The translations under genes were made by a program, and so were the position numbers. The notes beneath the pieces were generated by a model. The model was not told the origin of the DNA. It ran no database searches and saw only the letters and a program-made list of their open reading frames with translations. A stretch of 54,538 nucleotides of DNA from Closterium sp. NIES-68 (lineage: Eukaryota): positions 62,001-116,538 of the forward strand of contig BQMA01000058.1 in the NCBI GenBank assembly GCA_027943385.1, in the 5' to 3' direction. Positions within the stretch are counted from its first letter, which is position 1, and each line of letters begins with the position of its first letter. Positions 46,301 to 54,538 of the stretch are shown in pieces.

Positions 46301-49300
46301 CAACTTCCAGGTGTCAACTCCTTGTGTGTTCGTTTGTGTGTTCCTTTTTGCGTTCCTTTGTGCGTTCTTGGTTTGCTTGTTGTTGCTTGCTGTACTCTAT
46401 TTTCCAATCTCATTTCCTCGTTATGAGATCTTCCACTTATTGCAATTTTCTTCTCTGTACACTAATTGCAGGGACCTGTATTCTAATGCATTGTCTGGAA
46501 CCATCCCAGAAACCATTGAAAAACTTACCCATCTGACAAGATTGTACGCTTCCAAACCATTTCAAGCCATTCCAAACCATTTCAAACCATTTCAAGCCAT
46601 TTCAAGCCACTGCTCGTGTTTGGGTCCGGGTACTTCGTAAGTCGAGAATAGCTGGGTTCCCTTCATCCTTCTTGCACTCATGACTTCTAGGCTCCCTGTG
46701 TGTGTCTCTGCCTACCTCTCACCCTTGATATCTCATGAATTATCCCTGTGTGTGTTTCTGTCTAATCACCACCCTCTCCTCATGTGCTCCTCCCCCCCCC
46801 TGGTCATGTACCAGAGTCCTTCAATACAACAAGCTGTCGGGCTCCATTCCCGATTCCATCAGCAGGCTTTCAAAGCTCAAGGAACTGTGAGTCTTATTAT
46901 TTTGGCATTATAAGGCAAAGGGGAACTACAGAGTGGTTCTCCTGACAGTAGGTGACCATGTGGCCCGCGTTGGGCCGTGTGGCGTCACCCTCCTCTTTCA
47001 TGCCCGCTTTCGACGCTTCTTTGCTGCGGTCATGTGTTCCAGAGCAGGTCGTCGTCACTCATGGTCATGTGTTCCAGAGCAGGGCGTCGTCACTCATGGT
47101 CATGTGCTCCAGAGCAGTCTTGCTGGAATGCTCCCTCTTAAAAGATTTCGGATAATCATAAATAATACTTTGAAGCGGTCAATGTTTCAGTAATGTTTCG
47201 CACAATAGCCTTGTTGGACTGCTCCCTCCAGCGGTTGGCAGCCTTATCGGGCTTTCATACTTGTAAGATAATCTTCACATGTAGTGTCATCTTGTGTTGT
47301 ATCACTTGCCTTTCTTGCCAGCGTGTACCTCTACTGTTTATAATTTAATCGCTCATTGTGTTTTGCTTGGTTATCCACAAAGTTCATATATTTGTGTAAT
47401 TCATACCAGAGTTTCTGTTTCCTGATGCTCACATTCCTTTTCCAGCTTATACAGTGTGAAAATATATTGTGAGGTCTGCATTTGCAGGAACATAAGTGGA
47501 ACGGCTGTCACTTGCCCACCGGACTTCAGCCGCTGTGCGGTCAAGCAGAGGAAATGATCTCTTGATTCTCGTGTTTTTGTACATCTTGACATTTGTATTT
47601 TTAGGAACGTAACTGGAACGGCAGTCACATGCCCACCGGACTTCAGCAGCTGTGTGGTCAAGCAGAAAGGTTCAAGTGCTTTTTGCAAGATTTGTGCCGC
47701 CTTCTGCACCTCTTGCATCAAGCCAAAGCCCTCCTGTGAGTTTTTTGTCTGACTCAGAAGCCACCTTAGAAGAGCTCAAGTGCGTTTTGCAAGACTAGAG
47801 CCGCCTTCTGCTCCTCTTGTGTCAAGCCAACACCCCGTGAGTTATGAGTAACCTCAGAAAGTAACCTCAGAATCAGCTCAAGTGCTTTCTGCGGGGCGTG
47901 TTGTTCCTTCCTGGCCTCATCATGTGGCGTTTCTCACTTGTGATTGCAAATCGACCCTTGCTGCAACAGCAACGGAGGCCGTAAACACAACCACCAACAG
48001 CAGCAGCAGCAGCAGCAGCGGCGGCGGCGGCGGCGGCGTTAGCAGCAGCCAGCCCGTGTCATCGGCGTCTGGGAGTGGAAGCGACCTTTCAGTGGGAGCC
48101 ATCGCAGGCATCGCTGTTGCTGCTGTCACTGTGCTCCTCCTGCTCTGCGCTGCTGTTCTGCTCTGCCTCATGCACGTCAGGCGGAAGAACTCCAAGGGTG
48201 AGACCCAAAGGAGAGCCCCAAAGGAGAACCGCAAAGGAGATCCGCAAAGGAGAACCGCAATGGAGATCCGCAAAGGAGATCCGCAAAGGAGAACCCTAAA
48301 GGAGAACCCCAAAGGAGAACCCCAAAGGAGAACCCCAAAGGAGAACCCCAAAGGGTAGCAGTCGGCTCATTCTGCTCTAGAACAATCTCTCCATTGTTTA
48401 GGCGGCGCGCCTTAGTAACAGACCCTTCCTGCTCTGCGTTGCTCTTCTGCTCTACCTGATGCACATCAGGCAGAAAAACCCAAAGGGTAGTTTAGAGGGC
48501 AGAAAAGCTCAAAGGGTAAGGCCATCTTTTATCTTTCTCACCCCTTTTTCTCTCCCCAGCAACACGAGCAGGCCTGTTCTGCAGCATAGCAGCATAGCAG
48601 GCCTGTTCTGCAGCATAGCAGCAACTGAGAACAGTTCACCCTTTCCTACCCTGGCTTGTCCCATGCATTCAAACCTGTTTGACAGCATAGGGAGCCTCGT
48701 GCTGCGCGGAGCTCTCATTCGAATATGCCGCAGCACAGCATGCAGCATAGCAGCAAAAGAGCAGTTGACCCTATCACACCTTGTCCTTTCTGGCCCCATG
48801 CATTCAGACCTGTTTGGCAGCATAGCAGCCTCAAGCTGCACGGAGTTTTCTCTTCAGCAAGTCGCAGCAGCCACCAACCACTGGGCCAAGGCCAACCGGC
48901 TCGGCTCTTGACACGTCTCAAAACGGTATTCCACCCTTTTCTCTTCTCATCAACAACACCACCAGACCTGTTTGACAGCATCGCAGCCTCTTCTTGCACG
49001 GAGTTTTCTCTCAAGGAAGTCGCAGCGGCCACCAATCACTGGGCCAAGGCCAACCGCCTGGGCTCGGGCGCCTTTGGGGATGTGTACAAGGGCGTGTGTC
49101 CTCGGGACGGCGCCACAGTGTGGGCTGTGAAGCGGGCGCGACTGATCAACGTGGACTTTCAAAGGGAGGTGCGTGGGGAGTGTACATCGTTTCTTGAGGC
49201 GCCTCAAAAGGCGTTTCAGTTTTTAAGGCGCCTTAGGGGATGTGTACGAGGGCTTGTGTCCTCGGGGCGGCGCCACAGCATGGGCTGTGAAGCGAGCCCG

Positions 49301-52300
49301 ACTGATCAACGTTGACTTTCAGAGGGAGGTGCGTGGGTGGGGAATGTACAGTTCTTTAAGCCTTTGAACATGTGCACAAGGGGTTGTCTCCTCGAGACAG
49401 CACCACAGCGCGGGCAGAAAAGCGGGCGCGTCTCATCATTGTTGCATTGCGCGCTCGCTGTAAAGCAGCGTGGGAAACCCTTCCATAGGGAGGTGAGTAG
49501 GAAGCGAACAACCGCAAGGGTTCCCCGTCATCCCATCTTCCCATCTTCCCATCTTCCTTTCTCAAAAATCGTGCGGCTGCTTTAAGACCTCTCAAAACCT
49601 GACCGCACCCTTGCCCACGGCAGGTGCAGCAGATGGCTGGCAAGAACCATCCCAACATCGTGCGGCTGCTGGGGTTTGTGGTCGGGGGGAGCATGAGGAC
49701 ACGGCCGGAGCAAATCCTCGTCTACGAGTTTGTGCCCAACGGTGACCTCCAGCATTGGATCCACTCAGGTGTGTCGTTTGAGGGGCCTTACGAATGGGAT
49801 TGCGGTTGGGTTTGGGGGAGCATGAGGACACGGCCGGAGCAGATCCTCATTTACGAGTTTTGAGTAATGGCCGGGCGACTTCCAGCAATGGATCACCACA
49901 GGTGCATCGTTTTGAGGCGCCTCAGACGTGGGTTTGCTGTCAGAGGGAAAACGAGGACGCACGCTTGTAACGAATTCTGATCTACAAGTTTGATCCGCAC
50001 TTTCCCCTGGAAGGGCGAGCAAGCAGCAGCTCAAGAGGGGGGTACGGAGGGTGCAGGAGTCTGGAGTACCTGCACAGCTTTGGCATCGTGCACCAGTGTC
50101 AGACTCATGCTTTTGAATGCTCTTTCGCTCTCTGCTTGCAGCAGACGCCCCCTATGCTCTGAGCCTGCGGCAGTGCCTGGTCATCCTCATCGGCGCCGTG
50201 CATGGGCTGGGATACCTATCTGGACAGCGTGGGCATCGTGCACCATGCCAGACTCCTGCTTTTGTGTGCAATGAGTCGATTTTTGAGTCGACTAAAAAAT
50301 CAGCTTTGGCATCGTGCACCACGCCAGACTCGTGCTTTTGAATGCTCTTTTGCTTTCCGCTTGCAGCAGACGCCCCCTTTGCTCTGAGCCTGCAGCAGCG
50401 GCTGGACATCCTCATCGGAGCTGAGCATGGCCTGGAGTACCTGCACAGCTTTGGCATCGTGCACCACTTCGGACTCAGGCTTTTGAATGCTCTTTCGCTG
50501 TGTGCTTGCTGCAGACACCCCCCTTTCTCTGAGCCTGCAGCAGCGGCTGGACATCCTCATTGGAGCTGCGCACGGGCTGGCGTACCTGCACAGCTTTGGC
50601 ATCGTGCATCGCGACATCAAGCCCGCCAACATCCTCATCACTTCCACCATGCAGGCAAGCTCGAGACAGGCTCTTATGAGAAAAGATTGGCTTGTGCAAG
50701 TGTTTTCGAGCCCGAATCCAGACAACTCAATGTGCTGGCTTGGGCGAAAGTCTTGAGGGAACAACAATGTGGTGTGGAATCCTTATGAGAATGTTATGTG
50801 AATCTCATTTTTTGACAATGAGAAGCGGCAGCCCACATCAGGATTCCCATTCTCCCACATCACAAGGATGCCCGCAATGTTGCAGGGTGTTTTTTAGAAT
50901 TCTCAAAAACAGGCTGCTTCTCATTTTTTGGCCTTTGAGTCGACTCGAAACGAGGTGAATTCTGAGTTGACACAGAAGTCACCTTTGAACAACGTCGAGT
51001 TATCCTGATGTGGGTTGCTTCTCATTTTTTGGCCTACTTTTTTTTGTGAGTGAGCTCTCTTTGTATTTTGTTTGTCTGTCTTGTTTTGAGGTGCCTCAAA
51101 ACTCAACCTCGTTCGTTGTGCACTTCATTCAATACACGCGGCACAATGCGTAATGCTGCCCTTTGTATGCAGTGCACAGTACTTGCATCAACAAGCTGCT
51201 ATTCCATTCTTGATGACTCACGGCAATGGTTATGCATCGTTTTTTTGTGTTTTTTTTTTTTTGCTTTGTTTTGTTTGTTTGTTTGTTTGTTTGTTTTGTT
51301 TTTTTTTTCCACCTCTCCCATCCTAGGGTTGAGCAAAACCGGGTAATTACCCGACCCGACCCGGTTTTACAATACCTGACCTCGGGTCGGGTATTTTCGG
51401 GTCGGGTCCGGGTCGGGTAATATGCCCAGGACCATTACCTGGACCCGGCCTTAGGGGACGGGTAATACAATACCCGCCTGGCGGGTCTGGGTATACCCGA
51501 CCCGGTTACCCTAAAAAGCGGGTATTACTACCCGCCACTTACTAGTGGGCATCCTAAAAACGGGCTAGGCTAGGTAGGGTTTCTGAAAACGCAACTCTCA
51601 AATGAGAGTCGAGTTTTCCGGGGGTCGAATTTCGACCACCCAACTTCCTCCCTTTCACCGCACTTAACTCCTCCCCATCTACAAACTCCAACTTCTCCTC
51701 ACAAATGCTCCACTCGTCCCCCCTCACCTCCCAAACCGTTTTGCCGCAAAACCTAAAATACAGCGCGACTTACGCCCATGACTAGGTGGAATACCCGACC
51801 GGGTCGGGTACCCGTTACCCGACACGTCGGGTAACATTTCGGGTAACGGGTATCGGAAACCCGCCCGGGTAACCTGGACCCGGCCCGCCGTGTAATATTC
51901 CGGAATCCGGATACCCGACCCGCCCAAAAAGCAGATCCGGGTCCGGGTACCTGACCCGGGCGGGTATTTTGCTCAAGCCTATACATTCCTACTGTTTCCG
52001 TTCTCACAATACTGCATATTGCAACAATGCCCATGGTCTACCCATTCTGCTTCTTCTTGCAGGCCAAGATTGCAGACTTTGGGCTGGTGAGAATGGAAGA
52101 GGGCACCACTGTGGCCTCCACTCGAGTGATGGGAACACCAGGCTATGTGGATCTCATCTACCTTAAGACATCCAAGGCAACCACTGCCACAGACGTCTAC
52201 AGGTGATGAAAGAATCTGCTTTTGAGTCGACTCTTAAATGGAAGAGGGAATCACTGTGGCTTCGTCTCGAGTGATGGGAACGCCGAGCTATGTGGATCTC

Positions 52301-54167
52301 GTTTTGAGGCGCCTCAAAGCTATGTGGATCTCACTTACATCAAGACATCCAAGTCAACCACTGCCACAGACGTCTACAGGTGATGAAAGAATCTGCTTTT
52401 GAGTCGACCACCGCCACAGGTGATGACTTTTGTGGCCCATGGGTGATAGACCTTTGAGTCAACTCAAAAGGCGTGCAAGGCAACCACGTCCGCGCACGCC
52501 TCTGAATGCCAGACTGCCCGTTCTGTCTATGCTTGGCTTGCGTTAAAACATATGTCTACATGTGATGGAACTGCTTGCTGACTATGGCCTCAACAAGCTG
52601 GAGGGCTTTTGAGTCGACTCAAAAGCATTCAAATGGATTTCTACATGTGATAGAACTGTTTGGTTTTGATGCGCCTAAAAAATCGACTCAAAAGCGTTGA
52701 AAAATATGTCTAAATGTGATGGAACTGTTTGCTGACAATGGCCTCAACAAGCTGGAGGGTAGGTAATGATGAGGTGAGGAACCTCAGAGCAAAGCTCATT
52801 GGACAATGAGACAATACCTTCATAGTTTCATTGTCCAATGTGACAATACCTTCATAGTTTCATTGTCCAATGAGACAATACCTTCATAGTTTCATTGTCC
52901 AATGAGACAATACCTTCATAGTTTCATTGTCCAATGAGACAATACCTTCATAGTTTCATTGTCCAATGAGACAATACCTTCATAGTTTCATTGCTGCCCG
53001 TCACTGTCTCCCCGCTTGTGCAGCTTTGGTGTGCTGATGCCGGTGGTTCTCTTTGGCTGCAATCCGGTATTTGAATTTCTCACTCACCGGGGCGATACCT
53101 TCACAGTCTCGTAGCTGTCAATGTCTCTCTGGATTGATTGAATCGGCCGCTGTCCCTCCCCCTGCGCAGCTTTGGAGTGCTGATGCTGGTGGTGCTCTCT
53201 GGACGCAATCCGGATTTCGAGCTCGGCAAGGAGAGATGCCACATCTTATCATGGGTATGTACACTATAAAATCGAAGAATTGGGTACATACACTATAAAG
53301 TCGATTGGGATGAGAGCACTTTTCTAGGCACCTAAAGAAGTGAATGGGTGAACCTCCATTGATTTGATAAGAACAAGAACGTCCTGTGAGTCGACCAAGT
53401 GTCCTCGCATCTCGACAAGTCATGAGGCGATTTTCACAGGTGTCATCACACAAGTTGCTGCCACGTATTGACACAATGGCACCTATTTGGTGTTCAAGTG
53501 TCCTCGCATCTCGACAAGTCATGAGGCGATTTTCGAGGCGCCCTTTCTCGCCCCTAATATCCCTCACTCCTGCCCTCTCCGATCCCAAACTCAGGTGACT
53601 TTTGAGTCGACTCAAAAGTCACCTCGAGGCGCTCTTTCTCGCCCCTAATATCCCTCACTCCTGCCCTCACTGATTCCAAACTCCCTCACGTAGGCAGAAG
53701 GCTGCCTCGCCTCTGGCACCATAATCGCCTCGAAATACTCCCGTGGGACGTAATAATGTTTTGAGATGTCTCACAACACGATCATTATCACCCCAAACCC
53801 CCTCCCCCGCACAGGCGGTAAGCTGCCTCGCCTCCGGCAAAACAATCTCACTCAAAAGACCCCCGCATGGATGCCCCTCTGGATGCTGTTCAGCGCTGGG
53901 CTGAACTGGCAGTCAGGTGCACCGTGCCAGTGCTCTGCGAGCCGCCCAAGCATGGAAGATGTTGCAAGCGAGCTGATGAGCCTGAGGGTTGATGTGGTGG
54001 GAAAGGAGGAGCTGGTTGCCGCAGTGAGGGTGGATGAAGAGGTGCTGGAGATGAGGTGTGTGAGTGAAACGGAGACTGATTTGGACACTGAGCTGCTTTC
54101 GCTGGCCAGCTTTCTGAATGAAGATCTCACTGATGCTGCTACTACCCCGAGCACCACAGCAGCGTAG
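40331..54167 (+). CDS. LRR receptor-like Ser/Thr kinase (RLK/Pelle, RD type)
   Basis: Signal-peptide exon 40331-40448; LRRNT 41479-41599; 72-bp LRR exons starting at 42017, 42629, 43075, 43512, 44370, (44510), 45405, 45783, 46096, 46472, 46815, 47191; Cys-rich 47605-47735; TM 47970-48197; kinase exons 48966-49168 (GSGAFG, AVK), 49624-49768, 50515-50654 (HRDIKPAN), 52063-52202 (DFG, GTPGY), 53170-53254, 53815-54167 (two apparent +1 frameshifts). Confidence 0.9.
40667..41200. repeat. 19-bp minisatellite (ggccctcacaatcccgcct)n
   Basis: Read directly, RLK intron 1. Confidence 0.95.
41335..41455. repeat. 9-bp repeat (ctcttcctg)n
   Basis: Read directly, forms the pyrimidine tract before exon 2. 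Confidence 0.92.
42227..42523. repeat. 23-bp minisatellite (gtcacctcaagggcccatcagaa)x~13
   Basis: Read directly. Confidence 0.95.
43635..43687. mobile_element. 53-bp minimal hAT-type MITE
   Basis: Ends TAGGGTTGAGCA / TGCTCAAGCCTG as in 51324-51981; cgggt repeats; flanks ctttcaat / cttgcact (6/8 match). Confidence 0.65.
44646..44797. repeat. 8-bp repeat (ggtcagaa)n
   Basis: Read directly. Confidence 0.95.
44888..45360. repeat. pyrimidine 8/18-bp repeat (ctctttccctctctccct)n
   Basis: Read directly. Confidence 0.93.
51324..51981. mobile_element. hAT-type MITE in kinase intron
   Basis: TIRs TAGGGTTGAGCAAAA / TTTTGCTCAAGCCTA; dense subterminal ACCCG/CGGGT repeats; TSD degenerate (tcccatcc / tacattcc). 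Confidence 0.8.
52796..52994. repeat. 32-bp tandem repeat x6 (cattgtccaatgagacaataccttcatagttt)
   Basis: Read directly, no spacers. Confidence 0.95.
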
Positions 54168-54278
54168 GCTCTGTGGCATGGGGTTGGAAGCGTAGTCGCA
54201 GACTGGAGCTGCTTTCCCTTGATAGTTGTTTGAATGGGGACTGTGTTCGAGTCGACTCAACAGAAGGTGGATGCGGAG

Positions 54279-54538
54279 CAGGGCTTCAGATTGGATTTTG
54301 AGGGCTGTTGGCTCAGGGTGCCCCCAGAAGGAGCCCCCGTTTTTCAGGGTCCGGTTTTGGAAGTTGCAATTTTTTTCAGGGTAAAAATTTTCAAAGGCTG
54401 AAAAATCAGGACTCAAAATTTTCAGAGCTGAGATGATGGGTTGAACCTTGACGATTTTTTTAGGGTGGGTAGGATTTTAACCTAGCACATTATGTTAGAC
54501 ATGGCATGTTTTGTCATACAAAAAAAAAAACCTGACTC
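54279..54538. mobile_element. start of a hAT-like element related to 720-4744 (runs off window)
   Basis: cagggcttcagattggattttgagg resembles the reverse complement of the 4744 end (cagggccctagattggttttgagg); repeated tcaggg motifs follow. Confidence 0.6.

Noticed and set aside
52796..52994. CRISPR-like 32-bp repeats (also the 23-bp array at 42227)
   Set aside because: Head-to-tail with no unique spacers, no cas genes, eukaryotic intron context.

Overview
Eukaryotic, intron-rich, GC-rich DNA. The style of the receptor kinase and Copia elements suggests a streptophyte alga such as Closterium (inference). Left half (622-28975) is a transposon stack. A minus-strand Ty1/Copia element (622-15175, TSD AATGC) has its 3' LTR split twice. 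One insert is a hAT-like non-autonomous element (720-4744, TSD AGTTGAAC) that carries a complete pogo DD35D transposon (913-4189). The other is an inverted, deleted sister Copia (4795-9305, TSD AGAAC). Next is a 13.3-kb TTAA-flanked Kolobok-type DNA transposon (15687-28975) with perfect 32-bp TIRs, a 5-exon ~1090-aa transposase and several satellites. Right half holds two plus-strand host genes: an unknown coiled-coil protein with an N-terminal NPFDLL motif (29629-38462) and an LRR receptor-like kinase (40331-54167). Their introns are full of degraded copies of neighbouring exon borders, minisatellites, and a dispersed palindrome family TTTTGAG-N4-CTCAAAA that often sits at the duplication junctions. 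That association is the least explained signal in the window. No rRNA, tRNA or CRISPR array was seen. All calls are by eye; no searches were run.
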